Part shown: one piece after another, positions 37,358-46,477 of the stretch
Layout: each line of letters begins with the position of its first letter
Numbering within the stretch: the stretch's first letter is position 1
Virus record (IMG/VR): IMGVR_UViG_3300010163_000003
Span: 32,001 to 96,000 of that record
Length of the DNA: 64,000 nt
From: a virus
Lineage: Duplodnaviria > Caudoviricetes
Reading direction: 5' to 3' (one strand)
The notes under the pieces: generated by a model
Database searches by the model: none
Told to the model about the DNA's origin: nothing
What the model saw: only the letters and a program-made list of their open reading frames with translations
Translations under genes and position numbers: made by a program

Positions 37358-37711
37358 TTAAACGTTATTAGATGTGGCTATTTCTTCAACTTTCTCTTTG
37401 CTTGCTTTACTAGCAAGTATGTTCTTCATGTCATTTAATGCATCTTCTATTATTTCCGTAAGCTGTGCCTCTGTAAAGAAGAAAGTTATAATAGGAAATG
37501 CTTCATGTAAATAGCTATATACTTCTGCAAACTTAATACGTCCTGTATTACTGCCCCATGCTTCTTCTGCTGTAGATACAGCATATAAAGCTGCTTTAAC
37601 AAGTAATCCACGCCTATTCCTAAATATAGCTACCAATAAACCAGTGATTATTACTATCGTGCATACGAACATTGCAGGCTCCTTGAACATTTCTAAATTC
37701 ATTATACTCAC
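37358..37711 (-). CDS. Putative holin (LL-H-like)
   Basis: N-terminal TM, then AVSTAEEAWGSNTGRIKF and IIEDA. Confidence 0.6.
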   Translation of the reverse strand: MSIMNLEMFKEPAMFVCTIVIITGLLVAIFRNRRGLLVKAALYAVSTAEEAWGSNTGRIKFAEVYSYLHEAFPIITFFFTEAQLTEIIEDALNDMKNILASKASKEKVEEIATSNNV

Positions 37712-38706
37712 TCCTTAATATTTTTCATAGCTATTGCTTGTGCTTGTAACTTACGAACAGCTCTTTTCTTGTGTTCATTAATGGTAGACCTGTGACTACC
37801 ATACATCTTTCCTATTTCTATATCGGTCTTTTCTTCTATAAAGCTTAGTACTATTAATTCTCTTTCATAAGGAGTAAGGCATTCAAATAACTCACTACAT
37901 GTTACACCACTTGTCCAGTTAAAATTTAAGCAATTAACATCGTATGCGCTAAGATTTTCTGGTTCTTTCATTGTAAGTTTATCTGTACTCTTTATATCGT
38001 TACGTCTACTTTCTTCTGTAATTATCCTATCTATTTTCTTTGCAGTAGTATCGTCTTTAACAAAGATTTCATCTTGATGGTCTTCATCCATGTCATCAAA
38101 TTGATCTCTTAGGTTTAATACATTTAAATGAACAAGAGGGTCTTTAATTAGTTTAGATAAAAATCTATAAGCTTCCCAATGAAAGCATTTAGATACATAC
38201 ATATGAAACGTACCATTCTTTTTATGGTATATCTCACCTTCATGAGTTATTTTATATTTATTAGCCATGTTCAATAAAGCAAGGACTAATTCATTGTATA
38301 TGTCACTATAATCATATCTATCAAAAAGAGTTTTAATCTTAACACAAGTAAGAGAAAATACTTTCTTCTTCTCTTCCTTTGGTAGTTTTCTTACTGACTT
38401 ATCTATAAATAGAGAAACAAATGAAGATATTGTTGGGCTTACTCTTGTTATTACTTTCCCGCCTTTTGAAGTATATGTAGTGTAAGGTAGATTACCTAAT
38501 TTGATAAATTTCGCATACTTACTTATGAAAGGATGGAACACTTTGATTATATACTCTGTAGCTTCTCTGCTGCCGTCCTTGTACCGAACAAGATTCAACT
38601 GTAACTGTTGATAATCTTGTTCGGTAAAGTAGACATCTTCATTAGGGCCATGAATTGGCTCGTATTCTTTATCTATCTTATTAATAAAGTATTGTTCGCC
38701 AATCAT
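37708..38706 (-). CDS. Phage sigma70-family RNA polymerase sigma factor
   Basis: Region 2-like DIYNELVLALL/TFHMYV; region 4 LTPYERELI...KTDIEIG..TINEHKKRAVRKL. Confidence 0.8.
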   Translation of the reverse strand: MIGEQYFINKIDKEYEPIHGPNEDVYFTEQDYQQLQLNLVRYKDGSREATEYIIKVFHPFISKYAKFIKLGNLPYTTYTSKGGKVITRVSPTISSFVSLFIDKSVRKLPKEEKKKVFSLTCVKIKTLFDRYDYSDIYNELVLALLNMANKYKITHEGEIYHKKNGTFHMYVSKCFHWEAYRFLSKLIKDPLVHLNVLNLRDQFDDMDEDHQDEIFVKDDTTAKKIDRIITEESRRNDIKSTDKLTMKEPENLSAYDVNCLNFNWTSGVTCSELFECLTPYERELIVLSFIEEKTDIEIGKMYGSHRSTINEHKKRAVRKLQAQAIAMKNIKE

Positions 38707-38720
38707 GGCAGCACCGTCCC

Positions 38721-39248
38721 TTAAGGCTGAAGAGAATGAATATAAGCAACACCAATAGATATTGCATCGTATATATCACTAGTCTTGTTTTTATTCTGCT
38801 TGTCACTATAAGGGCCGATTGCTTGTATAATTTGATTGTCTTCTCCAAATATGTTTATTACCTGTTTTGCTACTTCTTCTTTAGTGGCATTACCCTTTAA
38901 GCCAAACAGTAAACGTATTTGAGTAGGTAACATATGTATCACAGGCCATCCTGGTCTAAGGAATGTACCCATAATCGCTCCACGTAACGTTGCCAGTTGT
39001 AATCCTGTTTTAAGATTTCGACCAGAGAACCCATCTTCCAAAACAATAGTGTCTACATCATTCTCCACTGCGAAATAATATAGCTCATCTATTATCTGCT
39101 TGATACGTTCATCTGTAGTATTTTTAGAAGAAGTAGTAATTCTATTTACCTCTTCTAACTCACAACGATTCTTGTTTATAGCTCTTCTTATGATAACTGC
39201 ACCAGTTGAGGATAATGACGGATCAATAGCAAGTATCTTGTTGTTCAT
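38721..39248 (-). CDS. ruvC: RuvC-like Holliday junction resolvase
   Basis: ILAIDPS...TG, IVLED, GNATKEEV, DIYDAI. Confidence 0.85.
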   Translation of the reverse strand: MNNKILAIDPSLSSTGAVIIRRAINKNRCELEEVNRITTSSKNTTDERIKQIIDELYYFAVENDVDTIVLEDGFSGRNLKTGLQLATLRGAIMGTFLRPGWPVIHMLPTQIRLLFGLKGNATKEEVAKQVINIFGEDNQIIQAIGPYSDKQNKNKTSDIYDAISIGVAYIHSLQP

Positions 39249-39251
39249 ACG

Positions 39252-39401
39252 TTACTCCTTTATAGTAAACAAAGGCGTTTGTTTATCATCGTCAGGTTTC
39301 TTAAAGTTGTCATTGATATGCTTTGCTATATTATCTGATACAATGGTTTCATTGTTATCTGTAATTTCAAGAGAACCACCATTGATATTCATTTTCATCA
39401 T
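39252..39401 (-). CDS. Small hypothetical protein (49 aa, not in ORF track)
   Basis: Open frame MMKMNINGGSLEIT... filling the gap, RBS gggtga. Confidence 0.4.
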   Translation of the reverse strand: MMKMNINGGSLEITDNNETIVSDNIAKHINDNFKKPDDDKQTPLFTIKE

Positions 39402-39406
39402 ATATA

Positions 39407-40174
39407 TCACCCTAGTTTTGAATGGCATACGTTACGATACTCACAATGATAACATCGTTTATCAGGCGATACGCATCTGATATTATTATGCAGACATAAT
39501 ACTGTACCATATACAGTATCTTTAAGCAACTGAATATCTTTCTCGGATCTGTAACTTGCAATTACTTTTTTCTTATAAATGTCTACATACAATAATTCAA
39601 ATTGATCTACATTGAATGACTCTTTAAAGGCATAAGCTGCCGCAGATAATTCAATGTCATGATTCATTTGACCTACCATTGCAAACCTGTTATTTTCAGA
39701 ATTGAATTTCATAACCTGAATTGATTTAGTGCCATCAGAATTTGTTACTTCCCTAACATATTCCCATATGCCTTTCAAGATAATGTTATGACCTATGTCA
39801 ACAGCATATGGTTTATTTATTATAATAGGGAACTGTGGTATATTCATAAGCTCTTCAAAGGTTATGATAGCGTCAATACCAGCTTTACGTTTAGCATCAT
39901 ATGTATCTCTTATGTACGAAGAAGGAGTGCATATTAATTGTGAATTAGTTTTTGTCTTAACCCATTGTTTGCCCCATTGGTACTTTAAGAACTTCATATT
40001 GTCCTTTAAAGTACCATCTCTTAGTGCATAGAGATAATTGTAGAAAACTTTATGCAAACTGATATCGTATAACTCTTTTAAGTTATACTCATTTGGATCT
40101 TCTTTTTTAATATCATAATACCTAGGACACCAGCAGAAGTCAACTACGTCCTTTATTTGGATTTCTTTGTGCAC
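39407..40174 (-). CDS. Cas4/AddB-like Fe-S PD-(D/E)xK-fold protein, degenerate catalytic motif
   Basis: N-terminal FCWCPR and C-terminal CYHCEYRNVC; D...ExK motif not evident. Confidence 0.6.
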   Translation of the reverse strand: MHKEIQIKDVVDFCWCPRYYDIKKEDPNEYNLKELYDISLHKVFYNYLYALRDGTLKDNMKFLKYQWGKQWVKTKTNSQLICTPSSYIRDTYDAKRKAGIDAIITFEELMNIPQFPIIINKPYAVDIGHNIILKGIWEYVREVTNSDGTKSIQVMKFNSENNRFAMVGQMNHDIELSAAAYAFKESFNVDQFELLYVDIYKKKVIASYRSEKDIQLLKDTVYGTVLCLHNNIRCVSPDKRCYHCEYRNVCHSKLG

Positions 40175-40493
40175 GCATACTCACTGGCCTTCCAAGCTGT
40201 GGCTTACCGTCTTTTCGTTCAGCTAACAGTCCGGGAGTCTGTCTATCAACTAAGTCCCATATTTCCTGTTCGCATTTCCAATGAATATGCCATTTGAATT
40301 CATGCTTTCTAATCTTAGGATCAGTGCTGAAATCTTCAGGATACATAGGTTGACCACAATGCTGACAGATAATAACCTCTCCGGGTTTAGGAGGTGGCGG
40401 AACCATATAGTTTCTTCCTTTTGCCTTTTCTTCTTCAGTAAGGTAAGCACTATTGGCTGCAACAAATCTTGCTAAGTTTTCTGAGTCAGGCAT
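40140..40493 (-). CDS. Hypothetical zinc-binding protein
   Basis: CQHC...HWKC; RBS aaggagg; upstream promoter. Confidence 0.65.
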   Translation of the reverse strand: MPDSENLARFVAANSAYLTEEEKAKGRNYMVPPPPKPGEVIICQHCGQPMYPEDFSTDPKIRKHEFKWHIHWKCEQEIWDLVDRQTPGLLAERKDGKPQLGRPVSMRAQRNPNKGRS

Positions 40494-40524
40494 ATGAATA
40501 GCCTCCTTCAGTATTTGTAATTAT

Positions 40525-40553
40525 ATTATATCAGAAAAATTTTCACTTAACAA
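40525..40553 (-). promoter_or_regulatory. SigmaA-type promoter
   Basis: TTGTTA-17-TATAAT with TG extension on the minus strand. Confidence 0.55.
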
Positions 40554-40935
40554 CTTCTTTTTCAGCATTGTGAATACATTCCATTACTTCTTTAGGAACA
40601 TATATGGTAAAGTTTTTACGTTTAATCATTCGCTCTCTATCTTTATAAGTATGAGAACAAATAGGAATCTGGCATGTTTGACATGCAACATAAAGATGGC
40701 TTGCTTTATTCATACACTTATCGCAGATAGGACAAGGATTATAACGAGGACAAGTTTTAAACTTGTCCTCGTGCGCCTCGAATACATCGCGGTTGCGTCT
40801 ACCAAGCTTTTGATTTTCATCCAAAGCACGGCGTAACTTCTGTTCATCAAATTTAGGAACGCCAGTAATGGGGTCCACTTGAGAATCAGATTTTGCCATT
40901 TCATAAAGAGCTTGAATACTATGATTTGTTAGCAT
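40543..40935 (-). CDS. Cys-rich hypothetical protein
   Basis: CPICDKC, CQTC..ICSH. Confidence 0.65.
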   Translation of the reverse strand: MLTNHSIQALYEMAKSDSQVDPITGVPKFDEQKLRRALDENQKLGRRNRDVFEAHEDKFKTCPRYNPCPICDKCMNKASHLYVACQTCQIPICSHTYKDRERMIKRKNFTIYVPKEVMECIHNAEKEVVK

Positions 40936-41452
40936 TGTTCTTTCTCCTCTCTTTAAAGGCAAGATAATCTTTTCTCATGATTTCATATGTTTTATCATCG
41001 CAATAGTTACCTGCCATGTCCAAAGTAACGTCGTGCCTAACACAAAGTATACGTCCACCAATCTTCTTTACCAATCTATCGTAACTGGCTTCGACAGGAT
41101 TCCCAATGACAACAGAGAACTCCATTCTGTTCATTTGGAATTTGGTGAAGATGTCATCAATGCATTGAGCGAGGTCTCGACCGAATCCAGTTTTGTCTTC
41201 ACTGAAGTTAATAGCCCCGAAACCGATAGCCATATTACAGCCACGATCAACACCGTAACCAATGTAGCCATTTACCTCACCTTCTTTGTTTAACGACACG
41301 AATCTACGACAGTATTTGTCTCCGTTTTCTTTGTCGAGCTTAAAAACACTGTGCGTATCGCCGTAGAAATAATACTGATATTTAGGGTCATACCACACGT
41401 TGTAAAATAATTCTCTAATTTTGTCTTCGTATTTGTAAGCATTGTCAAGCAT
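40919..41452 (-). CDS. GNAT/RimJ-like acetyltransferase-fold protein
   Basis: GYIGY, IF.KFQMNRM..V..GNP...Y..L.KKIGG, YEIMRKDY. Confidence 0.55.
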   Translation of the reverse strand: MLDNAYKYEDKIRELFYNVWYDPKYQYYFYGDTHSVFKLDKENGDKYCRRFVSLNKEGEVNGYIGYGVDRGCNMAIGFGAINFSEDKTGFGRDLAQCIDDIFTKFQMNRMEFSVVIGNPVEASYDRLVKKIGGRILCVRHDVTLDMAGNYCDDKTYEIMRKDYLAFKERRKNNANKS

Positions 41453-41464
41453 AATAATCCTCCA

Positions 41465-41653
41465 TTAATCCTTGTCGGGTATCTTGATGTATAATCCGCA
41501 ATGACACATTCCTTCATTCATCTCTCGAAATTCTTTGCACATACATTTAGTATCTGGATTCTTTAAGAGAGAACATGGGCAGTATCCGTCATTTTCCTTA
41601 AGTTGTCGTTGTACTTCTTTAGCGTACTCTTTGTCTGGATTCATTGTAATCAT
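41465..41653 (-). CDS. Ferredoxin:thioredoxin reductase catalytic (beta) subunit-like protein
   Basis: GYCPC...CMC...CHCGLY triple-Cys-pair signature. Confidence 0.85.
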   Translation of the reverse strand: MITMNPDKEYAKEVQRQLKENDGYCPCSLLKNPDTKCMCKEFREMNEGMCHCGLYIKIPDKD

Positions 41654-41655
41654 TG

Positions 41656-42141
41656 TTATGAAATCCTTTCTGCGTACTGATTGTCAGATGCAAGAGTAAC
41701 TCCAAGTACGTCATCATACCTACTTGACCTATTGGGAATATAACGTCCGTACTTGATGATGATATTAGGGAGCCTCTTTAAAAACTCAACATCTTCCATA
41801 ATTTCCTCTGGGTTATAGCCAGTGTAAATAACAATGTCATCATTGCAGTGATAAATAAGACGTAATGACTTTATAACACTGAACATTTCATCTGTTTGTT
41901 CAAATGGCTCTAGCCCACCAAAAACAATGGCAGAAGTTATGTCATTATCGAGGTATCTCTTACATAACTTACTTGTTGGAATGTCGATGGAGGCGCATGA
42001 ACGCCATCCATCATTCTGACATACCGACATAGGAATTCCTGCTTCGATACAGCATTTACCGCCACAGGATATTGTACCTATAAACATTGAAGGCTTCTTG
42101 TAATTCACAAAGTCTTCGTCGATAATTTCTTTTACTCTCAT
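41656..42141 (-). CDS. nrdG: Anaerobic RNR activating enzyme
   Basis: Radical SAM-like Cys cluster, FGGLEPF, IYTGY, KYGRY, LASDNQY; next to nrdD. Confidence 0.85.
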   Translation of the reverse strand: MRVKEIIDEDFVNYKKPSMFIGTISCGGKCCIEAGIPMSVCQNDGWRSCASIDIPTSKLCKRYLDNDITSAIVFGGLEPFEQTDEMFSVIKSLRLIYHCNDDIVIYTGYNPEEIMEDVEFLKRLPNIIIKYGRYIPNRSSRYDDVLGVTLASDNQYAERIS

Positions 42142-42279
42142 ATTGTTCCTCTATAGGGATAGTCCTATTAGTAGCAGTAATAGTTGTAGAAATGGTTTCT
42201 GTATTATCTTGTTTTATCCAGACACCATTCTTCTTAATCAAAAAAGATTTAGTACTGCATTTCATTTTATTTTCCTTCT

Positions 42280-42361
42280 TTAATCACGTTGCATTTCTGC
42301 ATACTCATACCACTGACGGGTAGTAAATTCTTTAAAACGATCCTTTGAATATGCTCTTGTA
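42280..42361 (-). pseudogene. Orphaned duplicate of the nrdD 3' end (TRAYSKDRFKEFTTRQWYEYAEMQRD*)
   Basis: 26 codons plus stop, 20/26 aa identical to the functional NrdD C-terminus at 43064-43144; no start codon. Confidence 0.9.
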
Positions 42362-42368
42362 AGCCTTT

Positions 42369-43067
42369 TTATTGAATCGCTTTTTCCATAGTTGAAATTA
42401 TATCTTCTTCTTTGTTAATTTCAACTAGCCTAATATTGTGTTTTAAACAATATTCTTTTTTAGCTATGTCTCTATCCTTAGCTGCTTGAAATACACTGTC
42501 AGGAACTTTGAAAACATTGGAATAATGTTGTTCGCCTTGATATTCAATTAAACATTTCAAAGTACCATCTGCATTGAGTACCGCAAAATCAAATCTTAAT
42601 GGATACTTTTTGCCTCTTAAGTCAGAGAAAGTATATTGTTTCTTAAATAGAATGTTATGCTCTTTTAAAAAATTTTCTATCATAACTTCTCTATAAGATA
42701 TTACGCATCCACAAGATTTTGTTTCTCCAAATCTTAAATAAGAAGATATAACATTAATTTCTCCTCCACAATCACATTCGCAATGCCATAATGCTCTTCC
42801 GTTTTTAGATCCAACACGATGAGTTACAACAAGTTTTCCAAATCTCTGTCCAGTTAAATCAACAGAACGAGCTTTTGAAGTTGCCTCTTTATTTAAACAA
42901 CCACAAGATAATGTTACGCCATTTTTAAGATGAAGTCCTCTTATCTTTTTAATAGTTCCACAGTCACATTTGCATATCCAAACAGGGGTTCCTTTAACTG
43001 TTGTATCTCTTTCAAGAACAGTTAGCCTACCAAATCTTTTTCCAGTTAGATCAATAAGTTTACTCAT
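42369..43067 (-). CDS. Free-standing putative homing endonuclease (2x DLTG.RFG.L.V/CxCxCG repeats plus Vsr/DUF559-like nuclease)
   Basis: Repeats LIDLTGKRFGRLTV and VDLTGQRFGKLVV; LRFDF...LIEYQGEQHY...DIAKKEYC; ATGA overlap with the nrdD stop. Confidence 0.8.
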   Translation of the reverse strand: MSKLIDLTGKRFGRLTVLERDTTVKGTPVWICKCDCGTIKKIRGLHLKNGVTLSCGCLNKEATSKARSVDLTGQRFGKLVVTHRVGSKNGRALWHCECDCGGEINVISSYLRFGETKSCGCVISYREVMIENFLKEHNILFKKQYTFSDLRGKKYPLRFDFAVLNADGTLKCLIEYQGEQHYSNVFKVPDSVFQAAKDRDIAKKEYCLKHNIRLVEINKEEDIISTMEKAIQ

Positions 43068-44983
43068 TCTCTCATATCCTGAGCATATTCATACCATTGT
43101 CTTGAAGAGAATTCTTTAAAGCGATCTTTTGAGTAAGCTCGTGTAGGAACAAGATATCCAACTATTCGTGCATAAGTATCAAATACAGGATTACCGCATA
43201 CAGGACAAACATTAGTACCAACAAAACCATGATGATTCTCACACTCATTTATACGGGTATTGAATGCAAAATAAATAACTCCAGATTCAGCAATCTTATT
43301 GAGCATATCCCACGCTACATCTTCATTTGGGAAGTTAGATTCAAGATTTATATGTAGAATAGAACCGCCTGAACATTTAGCGTCAAGGATAGAAGCTACA
43401 CTAAGCTTTTCTTTGATGGTGGCTTTAGCCGATAATGGTATCCACTGATTGCTATAGATGAACGTATCCCCTTGCCTACCATAGATAAGAGAGTCTTTTT
43501 GACAAAGAATAATAGCAGCGCGTTCAGCAGGCACAGATTCAATGTTAAAGGAATATTCATCGGTAAAGTTATCTTTGATATCGTTAAGAACTTCAAAGAT
43601 TTTACTTGCAAATTCTATACCCTCTTTAGTATAGCTTACATAACCCAGTTCATCAACCTTAATATAACCAAAAGCTTTAATTGTTTCATACATACCAAGG
43701 ATGCCCATAGTACAATACTGTTTATCAAGCTCTACAGCACCATCTTGATAGTTAGGAAGAAGGCCCTTTTCAATATTGCGTTTAATGATATGACGTACAA
43801 CGTCAAGAGTTTTACAACACAATACAGCACGTTTACGAAGAAGAGCAAGGTATTTCTCTTCATCAAAATTAGTCTCTAAAGCAATACGCATCAGGTTAAT
43901 CGTATTAACCTTTACAGAACCAATAGAAAGAGCTGTACCACCAATGGAATTGATAAATGCATTTAGCTTTTTGGTATCAGAAAGTAAGCGGCAACAATTA
44001 CTAAGAGTCGTAACATCACCACTGACAAAGAAGTTGCTATCATTCCAGGTAACATTATGATTACTACACCAACGGGCAAACTCTTCATCAACAAACTTAC
44101 CGTTCTGGTACAGCAAACTGTATGAAAGGACCGGGAAAGTGAACATATTCTCGCTTCTTACTTGAGACACTACCTCCATAAACATCTTCTGATGCTCTAT
44201 AAGCCCCTCCACTTCATCAATGACATATGTACCATCTGGATACTGTATGCCGCCAAACAGAGACTCTATATAGTTTCTATCAAAAATAGAAACATTAACG
44301 AAAGCACTCTGATCGATACGCATGAAGGGTTGATTGAGACGATAGATAAGTTTCTGGAACGATTGTTTGATATAGTACTCAGGGTTCTTAAGAACGTAAC
44401 CGTCCTTACAATCCTTCTTCCAGAAATAATATGTCCAGATAAGAATGTTAGGAATACCTACAGCTCCAGAAGACCTATTACTCATGAAGCTAATGTACTC
44501 TATAACGTCATCCAAGAATGTTGTTAAATGTTTCGGTGGCTGATTATTGTAATTTTTGAGGAAGAACAAGCCCTCAGTAGCAAGACGAGTAAGGTCATAC
44601 GCATAGCAATACGGAATGTAAGAAGCAGTGTGAGCATCATGCAAATAAAAACCGCCGCTATATTCTGTCTCTAACCATTCTTTTGCGGTTGGAAGTCCAT
44701 ACTTTTTCGTAATCTCATAGAAGATTTTGCTGAATACGAAAATCTTATCATGAGGCTTGCTCTTCTCAGATAAGAGACTGCGGATATCTTTTGTAGAAGC
44801 ATTGGCATTAGCATCTATCGTAACATCAGCCACATTCTTATCTATAAAACCGTTAATGAAATCGGAAAAATTAAGCTGTGTCTCATGAAATCCGTTAAGA
44901 AGCTCGAAAGATTCACCGTACCTATCTCCTAAACGATGAAGCGCTCTTTCGAAATCCTTACATGTTTTTATTGGCATATTCAT
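43064..44983 (-). CDS. nrdD: Class III (anaerobic) ribonucleotide reductase, no ATP cone
   Basis: YLHD, PYCY, FTFPV, SNCCRL, ESVPAE, SGGSI, CPVCG, RIVGYL glycyl-radical motif. Confidence 0.93.
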   Translation of the reverse strand: MNMPIKTCKDFERALHRLGDRYGESFELLNGFHETQLNFSDFINGFIDKNVADVTIDANANASTKDIRSLLSEKSKPHDKIFVFSKIFYEITKKYGLPTAKEWLETEYSGGFYLHDAHTASYIPYCYAYDLTRLATEGLFFLKNYNNQPPKHLTTFLDDVIEYISFMSNRSSGAVGIPNILIWTYYFWKKDCKDGYVLKNPEYYIKQSFQKLIYRLNQPFMRIDQSAFVNVSIFDRNYIESLFGGIQYPDGTYVIDEVEGLIEHQKMFMEVVSQVRSENMFTFPVLSYSLLYQNGKFVDEEFARWCSNHNVTWNDSNFFVSGDVTTLSNCCRLLSDTKKLNAFINSIGGTALSIGSVKVNTINLMRIALETNFDEEKYLALLRKRAVLCCKTLDVVRHIIKRNIEKGLLPNYQDGAVELDKQYCTMGILGMYETIKAFGYIKVDELGYVSYTKEGIEFASKIFEVLNDIKDNFTDEYSFNIESVPAERAAIILCQKDSLIYGRQGDTFIYSNQWIPLSAKATIKEKLSVASILDAKCSGGSILHINLESNFPNEDVAWDMLNKIAESGVIYFAFNTRINECENHHGFVGTNVCPVCGNPVFDTYARIVGYLVPTRAYSKDRFKEFSSRQWYEYAQDMRE

Positions 44984-45001
44984 TATTGCATCCTCGCCCT
45001 T

Positions 45002-45202
45002 CTAGGGAATTTGATTCACCCACCTTACGGCAGCATTAAAGTCAAGTAGCTTGCCATCAATAGAAAGCATTGGGACAGTGGTTATCCCCATATCAAGCAT
45101 ATCTTGCATAGAATTATTAACTGTATAGCAAATGTTTTTACCATCAAGTTTTTGCTTTAAGACGTTACACTTGGGGCAACCAGTTGAGTATAATATAGTC
45201 AT
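45002..45202 (-). CDS. nrdH: NrdH-like glutaredoxin
   Basis: YSTGCPKC, TVP, IDG. Confidence 0.8.
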   Translation of the reverse strand: MTILYSTGCPKCNVLKQKLDGKNICYTVNNSMQDMLDMGITTVPMLSIDGKLLDFNAAVRWVNQIP

Positions 45203-45351
45203 ATTAACCACCTTATAAAATCAATCAATAGATTTACTAAGCATATGTATCCTAATGAAAGTACATACATACTAACTATTACGATAACAATAGCTAATAG
45301 AATATGACGTTGCATCCAATCTTCTATCGCAAGATAGAATTTACGTATCAT
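45199..45351 (-). CDS. Small membrane protein (50 aa, not in ORF track)
   Basis: MIRKFYLAIEDWMQRHILLAIVIVIVSMYVLSLGYICLVNLLIDFIRWLI; ATGA overlap with nrdH. Confidence 0.55.
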   Translation of the reverse strand: MIRKFYLAIEDWMQRHILLAIVIVIVSMYVLSLGYICLVNLLIDFIRWLI

Positions 45352-45679
45352 TTTTTTCAAGCTCCATAACCGTCATAATGCAGTAGTTTGCCATATCAAG
45401 AAGCGTATCGATGATAGACTCATCGCCAGTATCAACATCGTGATTTTTTGCTAGTGTCTTGACGCGATTATATTTGTCACTGATACGAGTAATAGCTGAC
45501 ATTATTCCAAGATCAGCATAAGTTTGATGGAATGAGTCACCATAAGCAGCATTCTTTTGTACATAGGTATCATGTATCTTCTTTAACAATTGAGTATGAC
45601 GAATAGTATCGGTCACTTCTCCATCACCTATTGGCTTGAGACCCATAGCTTCGTAAGCAAGATTATTTGTGTATTCCAT
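45341..45679 (-). CDS. DUF1599 / nucleotide-modification-associated domain protein
   Basis: KNAAYGDSF, RISDK..R, ESIIDTLLDMANYCIM. Confidence 0.8.
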   Translation of the reverse strand: MEYTNNLAYEAMGLKPIGDGEVTDTIRHTQLLKKIHDTYVQKNAAYGDSFHQTYADLGIMSAITRISDKYNRVKTLAKNHDVDTGDESIIDTLLDMANYCIMTVMELEKNDT

Positions 45680-45690
45680 AATTGTCTCCT

Positions 45691-46065
45691 TTAAGTATAA
45701 ATCCAGTTGGTTTCTCCATTATGCTTCAAATCGTTTTCTTCAAACTTTAAAAGCATAGCTTTTATTGTGTGTTGTAATTCCGCTTCGATAGTCTTTGACT
45801 GACATATCTTAAGGAACTCTACTACAGGCCATAACTTTCCTACGATAACCTTGTCTTCTTGGCTGTAAAGATATAGGTCATAAGACATTGAACTTAATGT
45901 AGTCTTTATATAATAATCAGATGGATAATCTGACATTGCTTCTATCATATCAGTAACCATCTTTTTAATCTGAGCATCAATCTTGGCCCATGACAAAAAG
46001 TATTTTGTGTATTTGGGATTAGATTTAGCCATGGATTCAAGTTCAGTCGTATTGAATGCATCCAT
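45691..46065 (-). CDS. Hypothetical protein
   Basis: About 124-aa ORF, operon packing. Confidence 0.6.
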   Translation of the reverse strand: MDAFNTTELESMAKSNPKYTKYFLSWAKIDAQIKKMVTDMIEAMSDYPSDYYIKTTLSSMSYDLYLYSQEDKVIVGKLWPVVEFLKICQSKTIEAELQHTIKAMLLKFEENDLKHNGETNWIYT

Positions 46066-46465
46066 TGTCACAATCCCTCTTTCGTAATATTTCTTCTATG
46101 GGCATTTCTTTACCCAAACGATACATGATAGTTGTTCTTGGTATGCCAGTCTCTTTAGACCATTCAGAAATGTTCTGTGTCTTACCTTCATAAGTAAGAT
46201 ATACAGCGTTAGGAGTAGGATTTTCTTCTTTAATTTTGCACAAAGTTTCTGCGGCTTTTTTGGAACGATAATGACCACAGCTCTTAATAAGACCATGAAC
46301 TACACCATATAGAGGAAGCTCTACTGTGCTACCGCAACTGCAATCACATTTCGCCCATTTATTGGTGTTCCAAGATTTATATTTTTCAGTTGTGGGTTTG
46401 TTGATAAGCTCTCTAATGGTAAGTTCATTAAAGGTCTTATTAATGAGGCTCTCCATACATTTCAC
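46043..46465 (-). CDS. Homing-endonuclease-derived DNA-binding protein lacking a nuclease core
   Basis: KTFNELTI..KCDCSCG..KSCG plus C-terminal LTYEGKTQNISEWSKETGI..TI..RL HTH; no HNH. Confidence 0.6.
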   Translation of the reverse strand: MKCMESLINKTFNELTIRELINKPTTEKYKSWNTNKWAKCDCSCGSTVELPLYGVVHGLIKSCGHYRSKKAAETLCKIKEENPTPNAVYLTYEGKTQNISEWSKETGIPRTTIMYRLGKEMPIEEILRKRDCDNGCIQYD

Positions 46466-46477
46466 CAGCCTAAAATT

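Noticed and set aside
42138-42265. Small ORF between the nrdD relic and nrdG
   Set aside because: It has an RBS but overlaps nrdG out of frame and has no motif; too weak to call
42361-43144. Group I intron explaining the nrdD duplication
   Set aside because: No room for a ribozyme core, and the upstream copy already completes the protein
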